DNA of 42,776 nt from a virus (Duplodnaviria > Caudoviricetes), in IMG/VR virus record IMGVR_UViG_3300048856_000113, positions 1-42,776 of that record. The stretch is one strand, 5' to 3'. Under the pieces are notes generated by a model. That model did not search any database. It had not been told where the DNA came from and saw only the letters and a list, made by a program, of their open reading frames with translations. Shown here in pieces: positions 1 through 8,630 of this stretch (positions within the stretch are counted from its first letter, which is position 1; every line of letters begins with the position of its first letter). Both the position numbers and the translations under genes were made by a program.

Positions 1-1044
1 TCACACAGAAACGGACGACCCAGACTGTGTATGCTGCTCCAGAACACCGGCCATTCCAAGAAGGTCTGACGGAGCAAGATGAGCGTACCGGAGCGTTGTC
101 TGAATGCTACGATGGCCCATCCACTGCTGGACACGGCGAAGGTCGACCCCGCGCTGTACCAGTCTGCTGGCGCAGGTGTGCCTTAGGGTATGAATCACCA
201 CATCGTCAAGCTTTAGGTGAGCCATGGCTCGATCCCAGTGTGTGCGGAGCTGTCCGTTCTTGGAGCGGAACATGCGGAACGGACCCGGCTGATCGGGATG
301 CCGTGCCTTGATCTTGCGCAACTCAGCCTTGGCTCGATCCGTAAGCGGCAGGGTGCGTGGCGGGGACTTCTTGTCCTTCCAGAAGGTGACCGTGGCGAGA
401 TCCTCCCCGAGATCACCCCAGCCGAGACCGAGGATTGCCGAGAGGCGGCCACCAGTGTCGAGGGCGAAGACCGTGAAGGCGTAGGCGTCATCCATACCCC
501 ACTTGCGGAAGAGCGTGAGCAGCCGGTTCTCCTCGTCAACCGTCAGGAATCGGGTCCGACCAATGCCCTCCTCCTGCAGCGGAACCTTAGGTGCCCGGTT
601 GAGCGCCCCGATCTCGACTGCTGCGCGGATCATGACGGACATGGCAGCCAGCTTGCGGTTGATCGTAGCGTTCGACAGTTCCTGTTCGGAAAGCTCAGCG
701 ATGATCTGGTCGTAGTGGAAACGGGTGAAATCGGAGACTTCGAAGTTGCCGCCGAGGATCTCGACGCACTGCTTGCCGGACTGGATGAGTGTCTCTGACG
801 AGCGCTTGAGCTTCCAGTGCGTCTTGGTGACGTGATCGAGAAGCTGCTGGAGGGTTTTGATCTTGTGGCCGCTGTCGGCGCGACCATTGTTCTTCGAGGG
901 GAGAGGCTTTCCGGTGACCAAGGCTTCCTTGGTGTTGATCTCCCATCGCTGGGCGTCGGCCTCGGTGTCGAAGGTCTCGCGGTATCGCGTCCCTTTCACC
1001 ATGAAGTCGGCTTGAAACGAGTCGCCTCGCTTTCTTACGGCCAT
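1..1044 (-). CDS. int: Tyrosine recombinase / phage integrase
   Basis: DTGGR, HTLRH, MGH and TTLRY catalytic motifs (R-H-R-H-Y). ATG at 1044 with AGGAG SD; the ORF track start at 1065 is less likely. Confidence 0.95.
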   Translation of the reverse strand: MAVRKRGDSFQADFMVKGTRYRETFDTEADAQRWEINTKEALVTGKPLPSKNNGRADSGHKIKTLQQLLDHVTKTHWKLKRSSETLIQSGKQCVEILGGNFEVSDFTRFHYDQIIAELSEQELSNATINRKLAAMSVMIRAAVEIGALNRAPKVPLQEEGIGRTRFLTVDEENRLLTLFRKWGMDDAYAFTVFALDTGGRLSAILGLGWGDLGEDLATVTFWKDKKSPPRTLPLTDRAKAELRKIKARHPDQPGPFRMFRSKNGQLRTHWDRAMAHLKLDDVVIHTLRHTCASRLVQRGVDLRRVQQWMGHRSIQTTLRYAHLAPSDLLGMAGVLEQHTQSGSSVSV

Positions 1045-1045
1045 T

Positions 1046-1393
1046 CTAGTCTCCTGTGAGTGCAAGGATGCGCTTGTAGAGCGCCACTCCCTTCTCCTTG
1101 AGGTGAACTCGCTTGTTCCGGGCGTCGATGGCGTCTTCCTTCCTTGTCAGGAGGTTCAGGCCTTCTTGTCCGTTGCGGTGTGTCTCGCTGAGAAGAGCAA
1201 GGTTCCGGCTGAGGCTGGCCTCGGTGATGCCGGTAGTCTGGGACAGTTCCCGAGCAGTTGAACCCGGGCGGCTGGCTGCGGCCATGAAGACGACGATCGC
1301 TGTCGCCTGTATGTTCGGATCAAGTTCCCTGAACTGCTCTATCGCAGAGATAAAGCGGCGCGTGGACTTGTTCTCCGTGGTCGCGGTAATCAT
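1046..1393 (-). CDS. MarR-like winged-HTH regulator (candidate prophage repressor; directionality factor not excluded)
   Basis: TARELSQTTGITEASLSRNLALL HTH and a 'DARNKRVHL' MarR-type wing. ATG at 1393. Directly upstream of the integrase. Confidence 0.8.
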   Translation of the reverse strand: MITATTENKSTRRFISAIEQFRELDPNIQATAIVVFMAAASRPGSTARELSQTTGITEASLSRNLALLSETHRNGQEGLNLLTRKEDAIDARNKRVHLKEKGVALYKRILALTGD

Positions 1394-1429
1394 GGACTTC
1401 CCCTGAATAACGGTCTTACAAATCAGACC

Positions 1430-1471
1430 CTTGCACTCATGCAAGAGTCAGATCAGCCGTACGAATGTCAA
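1430..1471 (-). promoter_or_regulatory. Putative sigma70 promoter of the regulator gene with overlapping TTGCA-N4-TGCAA operator
   Basis: Minus-strand TTGACA at 1471-1466. Perfect CTTGCA-CTCA-TGCAAG palindrome at 1430-1445, over the expected -10/+1 region. Confidence 0.6.
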
Positions 1472-1472
1472 G

Positions 1473-1871
1473 CTAGAGGAAGTGCGCCTCCAGAATTTCC
1501 ACTGGGAAGGCGAACGTCCTGTTGAACCCGCGCTCCCGAAGGGCAGAAGGCGCGGTCGTCTCGGTGCAGTGCATCCCCCTCTGGGAGCAAAGCTTGAGAA
1601 GAGCATCATACTCTTCGACCAGTGCGGTGACCGGGTCCTCAAGAAACCCGAGCATTTCCGGGTTGCGTTTGGCAATGAAGCCGAAGGCGGTGTCGTAGCC
1701 AGCCGATGTGGAAGCATCGGCCAGATTGCGGTACTCGTTGGGGACTTGGCCTCCGGCTGGTGCCTTGGCCAGATCGAGAAGCGCCCCCACCCTCTGCTTG
1801 ATGCAAGAAATAGGAAGCATTGGACACACGACAGGCCCTACGCCGCCGTGCGTATTGAGTTCGAGGTTCAT
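1473..1871 (-). CDS. Hypothetical protein, candidate antirepressor
   Basis: 132 aa with an AGGA SD. First substantial gene downstream of a LexA-box promoter and adjacent to the regulator and integrase. Function inferred from context. Confidence 0.5.
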   Translation of the reverse strand: MNLELNTHGGVGPVVCPMLPISCIKQRVGALLDLAKAPAGGQVPNEYRNLADASTSAGYDTAFGFIAKRNPEMLGFLEDPVTALVEEYDALLKLCSQRGMHCTETTAPSALRERGFNRTFAFPVEILEAHFL

Positions 1872-1996
1872 GATTTTCCTGTTTTGCTGCCGTGCTGTCT
1901 CGCCGGGAGTCGGCCGATATACGACTCGCGCTCAGCTTTAGCATCTGCTAATTCTGATTCACGAGATCCTGTCGCTGTCTCCTTGGTGTGACCAAA

Positions 1997-2025
1997 GAGA
2001 TAGTGAACAGAACGAGAACAAGCAA
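1997..2025 (-). promoter_or_regulatory. Alphaproteobacterial LexA (SOS) box inside a sigma70-like promoter
   Basis: GAAC-AGAACGA-GAAC at 2005-2019. The minus strand reads TTGCTT-17 nt-TATCTC with the box filling the spacer. Confidence 0.75.
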
Positions 2026-2077
2026 GGACTATTTTCCTACAGACTCCCGCTCCCCAACGTGCCTGTGGATTATATTC

Positions 2078-2815
2078 CTATGCGGCCTGTGGGATGAGGT
2101 GGTATCGAGCGTAGCGCTGACCAGTGTGGTCGTGCTTGGTCTCGGTCTGGATGTCCACCCCGGCTTCTTTCAGTTCGCTGATGCGCTTTGAGAGCGACCG
2201 AGCGCGGATCACGCCACCGGCTTCGATTGCCGTGAGCGAACCCTTGGCACGGAGCAGCGACAGAACTTCTGCAGTCTGCTTCGGCAGCCGGTCGAGCTGG
2301 ATCTTCGCACGTTGGCGGTGGAGGCCCATGCAGCTCGTGTGGATGAAGCGAAGGGTCGTATGGTAGTCGAGGACCACGCTCGGGGTCTCCTGCCCCGTCT
2401 GGAGCATGGTGCCCTTCATGCCGACCGACAGAATGCCTTCCATGCCTTCCGGCACCTTGATCAGGGTGAACCGGCGACCAGTCAGGGACTTGGCCACGCG
2501 CTTTGCCCGGGTCCGCTTCACGGTTGGGTCGTTCGTCCAGACCATCAGGCCGGTGTTGCCGTCGATGTACCAGCCAAAGAAGCCCTGCCCGTTCTCGGTG
2601 ACGTTGGTCAGGTCGATGTCAGCGCCGATCTCGGCCCGGTTCAGGTGCCAGCCAAGGCCGCCCTTGACGAGAAGCGCGATGCGGTCGGTCACCTTGATGG
2701 CTTCGACCGGGGTCTGACCGAGGCTTCCAGTCGTGCTGTTGTCGCGGAACCAGAAACGAGCGCCGAGGGAGAGAGCTGCGAAGGCTGCCTGAGCTGCTGC
2801 GGGGGTCGTGTTCAT
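2078..2815 (-). CDS. Early protein with C-terminal winged-HTH domain
   Basis: C-terminal GSLTAIEA..SLSKRISELKEAGVDIQT...RYARYHL resembles phage HTH_39-type domains. ATG at 2815 with GGAG SD. Confidence 0.65.
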   Translation of the reverse strand: MNTTPAAAQAAFAALSLGARFWFRDNSTTGSLGQTPVEAIKVTDRIALLVKGGLGWHLNRAEIGADIDLTNVTENGQGFFGWYIDGNTGLMVWTNDPTVKRTRAKRVAKSLTGRRFTLIKVPEGMEGILSVGMKGTMLQTGQETPSVVLDYHTTLRFIHTSCMGLHRQRAKIQLDRLPKQTAEVLSLLRAKGSLTAIEAGGVIRARSLSKRISELKEAGVDIQTETKHDHTGQRYARYHLIPQAA

Positions 2816-2859
2816 GTGGAATGTCTCCGAATGATGGGATGTTGTGGAGGGATGCGGCG

Positions 2860-3033
2860 TCATGCCGCTTGGAAGCGATGCCCGGTCACAGACCAGTGAC
2901 GGGACAGGCGGTCGAAGCGAAGGCGGATGTTGGTGCCCCACTTCTGGCCGGGAAACTTGCGGCGGTAGCTGCGGAGGAAGTCGAGGGCCTTGCCCTTGGT
3001 GAAGAACTCCTCGTCGATGTGGACCATCTTCAT
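2860..3033 (-). CDS. Small basic early hypothetical protein
   Basis: MKMVHIDEEFF...; part of a tightly packed early gene string. Confidence 0.55.
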   Translation of the reverse strand: MKMVHIDEEFFTKGKALDFLRSYRRKFPGQKWGTNIRLRFDRLSRHWSVTGHRFQAA

Positions 3034-3257
3034 GGGCCACCGCCGATCAGGAGGCAGAGGGCGACCACGAAGGCCACGACCGAGCCGAGCGAGAGGCAGG
3101 TGTGAAGGACGCCGCCGTCGAACTCGCGGAGATACCAAGGTGAAGAGGGAGGGTTAGTCATGGTGTGCGCCTTTGACGTAGAACCAAGCCGCCCCGAGGG
3201 TGAGCAGGGACAGGCCGATGGCGATGATTTTGATGGCTTCGAGGGTGTCGGCAGAGG

Positions 3258-3500
3258 TCATACTTTGACCCCGCTCGGGAGCTGGAAGCGGTCGTAGAGC
3301 CACGAGCCGCCGAACTGGTTGCGGATGCCTTGGAGGATCGCCCCGGTGTTGTCGCCGCCCGGGCCGTCGCGCCAGACCCGAGCGTTCTGCCAGTAGGTCA
3401 TGGTCAGGACGTTCTTCCACTTGCGGCCATGTGCCTGGGCGAATTGTGACAGCGCCTCGACCTGCTCAGGTGTCGGCTGTGGGTAGTCGATACGGATCAT
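3258..3500 (-). CDS. Early hypothetical protein
   Basis: 80 aa with ATGA overlaps on both sides. Confidence 0.65.
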   Translation of the reverse strand: MIRIDYPQPTPEQVEALSQFAQAHGRKWKNVLTMTYWQNARVWRDGPGGDNTGAILQGIRNQFGGSWLYDRFQLPSGVKV

Positions 3501-3661
3501 CGGATCTCAACCTTTCCCCGGCGACCGGCCATGATCCGGGCCACCGTGATTGCTTCTTTGCGCTTGGAGTAGGAGCCGAGGTGAGCGAACCACCCCTTGG
3601 TCTCAGACCCGAGGGTCCATGGCTTGGAGCCCGAGCCGTTCTTGCGGATGACGTAGGTCAT
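3497..3661 (-). CDS. Early hypothetical protein
   Basis: MTYVIRKNG...; ATG at 3661 with GGAG SD; stop overlaps the next start. Confidence 0.6.
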   Translation of the reverse strand: MTYVIRKNGSGSKPWTLGSETKGWFAHLGSYSKRKEAITVARIMAGRRGKVEIR

Positions 3662-3663
3662 GG

Positions 3664-3882
3664 TCAGATCTCCTCGTTCAGCTTGGAGACTGCAGCCTCG
3701 ATCTCGGCTTGGGTGTCGCCGGTCGTGATGATCTGGAGTTCGCTGCGCTTCCATCCCCGGTCGCGCATTTCCAGAAACTCGTCCCAGACGGTGTCGCGGT
3801 CGTAGTCCCCGAACTCGATTGCCCACGGGCAGCCCGGTGATCCGTCGATGGACAGGAGGGTGAAATACTTGCGGTTGGCCAT
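3664..3882 (-). CDS. Early hypothetical protein
   Basis: MANRKYFTLL...; AAGGA SD; phage-like codon usage. Confidence 0.6.
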   Translation of the reverse strand: MANRKYFTLLSIDGSPGCPWAIEFGDYDRDTVWDEFLEMRDRGWKRSELQIITTGDTQAEIEAAVSKLNEEI

Positions 3883-3972
3883 GGCCATTGTCCTTTGAGG
3901 ATGCCCCACGGCTGGCCCGACTGGAGGTCCAGAGCCGAGCCGCAGGGTGATTTGTTTGCATGGTTGCAAGCT

Positions 3973-4734
3973 TTAGCCGACGACAAAGCCCGAGGTGTCG
4001 GTCTTGGCAGAGCCCTTGGCATAGAGGCCGACGATCACGCCCTTGGGGTCCGTGAAGCGCAGGTCCGTCTTGTCGCCGTCGAAGACCACCCGGTTCATGA
4101 AGCGCTCGTGGCCTTCCATGTGATCCGAGAGGCCGATCAAGCTGTCGCGCAGTTCCTTGGTCCGGTAGACCACGGCCACGCTCGCGCCAGTGTCCTTGAC
4201 GGCTGCGATGATGGCGTCGGCATAGCGCGGGTTAGCCTCGCTGTAGCTCAGGGTCAGGCTGTAGTTCGACGGCAGGTCACGGTAGGCCCGCTTGTAGACC
4301 TTGGTGTAGTCGTAGAACTGGATCTCAGGGAACAGTTCGAAGACCGAGCCACGGATCTCCCCACGGTTGGCGTAGTGGGCCACCTCCCATTGTATGTCGC
4401 TGGTGCCGTTGAGGCGAACCGCTGGCTTCACGCCCTTGCGCTGGCAGTAGGAGACGAACCGCTCAAGGTCAGCGACCAGCTCAGCCATGAAGGCAGTGCG
4501 GCTGGCGAGGTAGCGCTTGGTCTTGTTGATCCGAGCGATCTGGACGTTCGAGAACTTGCCGCGACCGGCAGTGTTGAGGCACCCGGCGACACATCCGGCT
4601 TGCTCAGCCATGGGGCAGACATTGGCCCCGGCGAGGTTGAATGGTGCGAGATACATGATGGCGGTTTCGAACTCGTCGTCGCCTTTGACAGTCTTGGCGT
4701 TGTTGCCAGAGCGGATCAGGGTGCCACGGAACAT
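3973..4734 (-). CDS. GP88-like (radical-SAM-related) phage protein
   Basis: CPMAEQAGCVAGCL three-Cys motif, VRLNGTSD, FYDYTK and GDKTDLRF motifs; AGGAG SD. Confidence 0.7.
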   Translation of the reverse strand: MFRGTLIRSGNNAKTVKGDDEFETAIMYLAPFNLAGANVCPMAEQAGCVAGCLNTAGRGKFSNVQIARINKTKRYLASRTAFMAELVADLERFVSYCQRKGVKPAVRLNGTSDIQWEVAHYANRGEIRGSVFELFPEIQFYDYTKVYKRAYRDLPSNYSLTLSYSEANPRYADAIIAAVKDTGASVAVVYRTKELRDSLIGLSDHMEGHERFMNRVVFDGDKTDLRFTDPKGVIVGLYAKGSAKTDTSGFVVG

Positions 4735-4784
4735 GGTCTTACTCTCCTGTTATTGTTTGCAAGGATGCAGGTAATTGGACGCAG

Positions 4785-4982
4785 TTATGCGGGTTCGAAG
4801 GTCTCTTCGCAGGTGAAGAGCCACCCGTTGACCCAGATGAACTCTTGCTCATCCATGTCCCAAGCCTTGAAGCGTTCCCCAAGGTCAGCGTCGGGTTTAA
4901 CCAGCAGGTAAAGCGTGTGGTGGATGCTTTCGGCCAGAATGGCCTTAGTGAAGCCGTCCAAAACGGCCACGTTGTCAGTCAT
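4785..4982 (-). CDS. First early gene, hypothetical (65 aa)
   Basis: MTDNVAVLDGF...; GGGGA SD. The 5' extension in the ORF track does not look coding. Confidence 0.6.
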   Translation of the reverse strand: MTDNVAVLDGFTKAILAESIHHTLYLLVKPDADLGERFKAWDMDEQEFIWVNGWLFTCEETFEPA

Positions 4983-5420
4983 GGGTGAAGTCCCCGGTTG
5001 CTTTTGGCTAGGGACCGACAGGCTTTGCTGTGGTCTCCAACCAAGGGCAACGCCTTGTGTTTGGTAGTCAGGTTGGTCCCGTTGTTCAGGGCACGGTTTC
5101 CTAGCCCTACAGCCGGTGGGTCGCTGGTTAAGACTGTCGGTCTCCCGTTCAGCCTCCATTCCCGCAGTGTCCAAGGTCTAGGCCCGAGGTAACCGCTAAG
5201 AGGGAAGCATCCCGCTTGATTGTTCCGACGCCTTGTCGCATTACCGGACGGCTGTCGTTTGTTTCTGTCCGTAGTCGCCCCCTTGTCAGGGCCGAGGCCG
5301 GATCGTCTAGCGATGAGAAAGAACACAAGCGCCCCTAGAGGCCTTCTTGCACCGAGCCGCTCTGACCGGCCCCACCAGCCCCGGCAACCCGTTCGTCTGG
5401 TGTGATTAGGTTCTCTCATA

Positions 5421-5563
5421 TCGTTTGCACCTTTGCAATCATCTATTTTCGAACCGTTTGCACTTTCCTGCTATCCAATTGCTTTCATTGGATTCTTTCT
5501 TGGGCTCAACCCGAGCCTACCCCATGCAATCGTGCAAGCGAGTGTCAATTCACCCATGCAAAC
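5421..5563 (-). promoter_or_regulatory. Early host-RNAP promoter region with clustered TTGCA-N4-TGCAA sites
   Basis: AT-rich patch. Sites at 5425-5438 (perfect), 5524-5537 (1 mismatch) and a degenerate one near 5548-5562. Minus-strand TTGACA at 5548-5543; the -10 element is unclear. Confidence 0.55.
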
Positions 5564-5945
5564 CCGAGCAAATCACCCGTTCCACCCGAGCCCCGAGCCC
5601 GGGCAAATCACCCGAGCCCGAACCATGGCAGAAATCGCCCAGGCATTGCCCGAGCCCGAGCCCCTGCCCCTGCCCCTGCCCTAACCATGGTTATAACCTT
5701 GGTCTCATCCTTGGCCCTAGCGTGGCCCCTATTGCCACCCGAGCCCCAGCCCGAGCGCCACCCGAGCGGGATAGACCACCCCAGCCCCTGCCAAGCCCCT
5801 GCCAAGCCCCGAGCGCCACCCGAGCCCCTGCCATGGTTCCGGCAATGGCAAACAGCACCGATAGGCGAACACACGCCTAAAGCTTTCAAGCCTTGGCCCT
5901 ATCCCCAGCCTATCCACCGCCTTTCCCCAGCCTATCCACACGCTA
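5560..5945. repeat. Short-repeat array at the presumed genome-end junction (CCGAGC/CCCGAGCCC, CTGCCC, CCTATCC units)
   Basis: Roughly a dozen CCGAGC copies, CCCTG x3 and repeated CCTATCC in a C-rich non-coding stretch between the terminase region and the early promoters. Confidence 0.75.
5716..5735 (-). promoter_or_regulatory. Phage RNAP promoter (phiOL-like position)
   Basis: Minus strand GCAATAGGGGCCACGCTAGG matches the repeated consensus. Confidence 0.7.
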
Positions 5946-6158
5946 ACCGGATCTAACATCTAGACTAGGCCGTTTTAATCGTTGGTCTTTTTGCGTCGGC
6001 GTGACAATAGGCGTGACAATGCCCCTCGTCGAAAGAGACCAGAGAACGCGCTGCGCAGGGGGGTGCCCGGGGGGCGCGAGTTGTGCCTTTGATCTGATGG
6101 GTCGTTCAGAAATTTCCGACAAAACATTCCGGGGTGGAACCACGGCTCTGGTCACGGT

Positions 6159-6413
6159 ATGACCACGGTCATGTCCCGACACGAAGATCTCCACAACGCC
6201 TTGGTCGAGCTGCTGACGAAGCTGGGGGCTGCACCAGACATCCCCATCAACATCCTGACCATCGGCCCTACTCTGGTGGACCTGGGCTTCTCTCAGGACG
6301 AGATCGTCAACTCGCTCTTCTATCTGGAGAGCCATCGAAACTTAAAGCTCATCCCGGGGAACAGGCTTCAAGTTCTGAGCCCTCCGTCGAGCTGGAGACC
6401 ACCATGCGATTGA
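6159..6413 (+). CDS. Small hypothetical protein (possible wHTH fold)
   Basis: 84 aa on the strand opposite the phage genes; overlaps the start of the next + gene. Confidence 0.55.
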   Translation: MTTVMSRHEDLHNALVELLTKLGAAPDIPINILTIGPTLVDLGFSQDEIVNSLFYLESHRNLKLIPGNRLQVLSPPSSWRPPCD

Positions 6414-6700
6414 TTGCAGCCACGATTCTATCCCTCGTCCCAGCCATGGTTCAGGCTGCGGATGGGAACCAGCTTCACGAGCTGTGCAGGAGCGGCGATG
6501 CCGTCTACTACGTCTCAGGTCTTGTCGATGGGCTCATCCTGACCAACTCGGCCAAGAACCTGTGCATCCCTCGGTCAGCGACCACAGGCCAGCTCAAGGA
6601 CGTGGTCTGCAAGTACGTCAGGGACAACCCACAGCTCCGTCATCAGCAAGCCCCTGCCCTGACCTACAGCTCAATGAGGTCTAGCTTCTGTTCCGAGTAG
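6404..6700 (+). CDS. Rap1a/Tai-like periplasmic immunity protein
   Basis: Signal peptide MRLIAATILSLVPAMVQA, then DGNQLHELC..YYVSG..DG..CIP..T.GQL.DVV.KY...NP..RH pattern; GGAG SD. Confidence 0.75.
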   Translation: MRLIAATILSLVPAMVQAADGNQLHELCRSGDAVYYVSGLVDGLILTNSAKNLCIPRSATTGQLKDVVCKYVRDNPQLRHQQAPALTYSSMRSSFCSE

Positions 6701-6860
6701 GAGGGGGAGGATCTCTCCTCTCTCCCCTCACCCATGGTCTTGACTTCAGGCTCCCATGTGGAGCTTTGGTCTGAGCCAAGAGTCTATCCCTTGACCTAAT
6801 CCTCCTGTGTGGAGCCATGGTTAGAACCATGGCTATAACTAGGGTTTGAACCCCAGCGTA

Positions 6861-6880
6861 CCTATTGTGGTCCCTATTCG
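6861..6880 (-). promoter_or_regulatory. Phage RNAP promoter (phiOR-like position)
   Basis: CGAATAGGGACCACAATAGG, identical to the copy at 23301-23320; aligns with T7 TAATACGACTCACTATAGG. Confidence 0.85.
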
Positions 6881-6920
6881 ATGGGGAGCCCCGGGATGAA
6901 CCCGAGGCCCCTGCACTGGC

Positions 6921-8630
6921 TTAGAACCACCGAGGAGAGGCTCCAGCCGATCCGAGGACGCCTTCCATGAACAGCGCGAGTTCGGCATCCAGCAGCTCCT
7001 GCTTTCGCTCTTCCACGGCCTTGGTGTTGTTCCGGCTCATGTACTCGACCCAGTGGGCCACAGCTCCTGCCACGGCGTCCAGACGGTCATCGTGCGAGAG
7101 AGCGCCACGCTGCCGAGTGACACGGGTCATCTGGTAGAACAGACGCATCCGCTGGATGTCATCCTGCAGGTAGCTGGTGGTCGAGTTGTAGTCCCAGTCG
7201 ACGACCGAGGAGCAGACCACCAGACGGTGCTGGTTCATGATCGGCTCAAGCGTGTCGATGATACGGGCTTCCTTCTGGACCTTCGACCAAGCTGCGTCCT
7301 CGACCGAGCAAGGATACAGGATCTGGCCCTTGGCACGGAGGAGCTGGGCGAACATGCCGTCACCGAAGTTCGGCTCGACGAGGATCAGGTTGACCTTCTG
7401 CTCCTTCGCATCCGACAGGATACGGGCCAACGTGGCGTCCGAGTAGCCCTCGCCTCTCACGGCTCCGACCTTGGTCAGGAACAGGAAGCCATGGAGCATC
7501 TTCACGACTGCCCACGAGGTTTCGTCCTTGCCTCGACCGGAGGGGTCGACGAACATGACGGAGCCTTCCCAGTCCAGCCAGTCCTTGGACAGGAACATGG
7601 GCCGGTAGTAGCGGTCGCCCGGGAGGCCAACCATGGGCAGCTCTTCGTAGGTCAGATCGGGGGCCGAGGACCACACGACCTCTGCCGGTCCCTTCGCCGG
7701 GTTCAGGCCCATGACGATCAGATCGGACAGCTTGAGCGGGAACTTGTCCTCGTCCGACAGGCTGGTATCCAGCATGAACTGCAGCGAGAAGCCCGAGCGT
7801 CCATAGGATAGCTCTCGTTCGTCCAGATCGACCTCAGAGAAGCGTTCGGGGTCCGTGGACATGCCTACCCTGTCGGGATCAGCTTCAAGCTCCTTGGTGA
7901 TCAGCGGGGCCAGACGAGCCCCGTACTTCGCCTGTCGTTCGGGATCAGGATAGCGCCCGGGCCAGATCCGAGTCTGATAGCCACGGGCTGGCAGGAGGTT
8001 GTAGATCGACTGCTCGGTCTGCGGCGTTCCCAGATAGATGATCCGGCCACCGGGCTTGAGGACAGCGTCAAACTCCTTGATCTGCTCAGACAGCTTGTCG
8101 CGCTTGAGCTGGGTGTCGGAGTTGTTCACGACCTCGATGTCGTCCGCGATCAGAACGTCAGCACGAGATCCAGCGATCTGCGAGTTGATGCCGAGCGACT
8201 TGACCGAGGGGGCGTGTGAAGCCCGGGCCGGTCCCACGTCGAAGGAGACCTTGGAGAAGCGTTGGTCAGGACCTGGGCGAAGGTGCGCGAGGATCTCCAT
8301 TTCGAAGATCAGGCGAAGGGTGAAGGTCGAGAAGTCGTCGGCGCGTTGCTTGGAGGCCGAGATCACGAGGATGTTGAGCTGCGGGTTGCAGTAGAGAAGC
8401 CAGCAGACGAATGCCGATGTAACCCAACTCTTGCCGACACCACGGAACGCCTGAATGATCATGCGCTTGGGGCCGTGCTGGAGGTAGCGGCCCATGTCGT
8501 ACTGGACCTTGGTAGGCTTGGGGAGATTGAGGTGCTGCCAGACCACGAAGAGGAAGTTGCGGAAGTCGCGGAGCGGGTCGGCTGCAGAAAGGGTCGTACC
8601 TGCAAGCAGGTCGTTGGTTGTCTTGGTCAC
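6921..8630 (-). CDS. terL: Terminase large subunit (T7 gp19-like)
   Basis: AFRGVGKS Walker A, IADDIE Walker B, VDPSGRGKDET and HDDRLDA nuclease motifs. Probable GTG start at 8630. Confidence 0.96.
   Translation of the reverse strand: MTKTTNDLLAGTTLSAADPLRDFRNFLFVVWQHLNLPKPTKVQYDMGRYLQHGPKRMIIQAFRGVGKSWVTSAFVCWLLYCNPQLNILVISASKQRADDFSTFTLRLIFEMEILAHLRPGPDQRFSKVSFDVGPARASHAPSVKSLGINSQIAGSRADVLIADDIEVVNNSDTQLKRDKLSEQIKEFDAVLKPGGRIIYLGTPQTEQSIYNLLPARGYQTRIWPGRYPDPERQAKYGARLAPLITKELEADPDRVGMSTDPERFSEVDLDERELSYGRSGFSLQFMLDTSLSDEDKFPLKLSDLIVMGLNPAKGPAEVVWSSAPDLTYEELPMVGLPGDRYYRPMFLSKDWLDWEGSVMFVDPSGRGKDETSWAVVKMLHGFLFLTKVGAVRGEGYSDATLARILSDAKEQKVNLILVEPNFGDGMFAQLLRAKGQILYPCSVEDAAWSKVQKEARIIDTLEPIMNQHRLVVCSSVVDWDYNSTTSYLQDDIQRMRLFYQMTRVTRQRGALSHDDRLDAVAGAVAHWVEYMSRNNTKAVEERKQELLDAELALFMEGVLGSAGASPRWF

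Noticed and set aside
1-60. att core or tRNA target at the window ends
   Set aside because: The window begins and ends exactly at stop codons; I saw no terminal direct repeat or tRNA fragment.
5560-5945. Possible CRISPR array or iteron origin
   Set aside because: Units are 6-9 bp, irregularly spaced, with no constant-length repeats or spacers and no cas or rep gene.
5402-5959. Pro-rich ORFs across the repeat region
   Set aside because: Translations merely reflect the CCGAGC/CTGCCC repeats; no SD, and the region holds promoters and operators.
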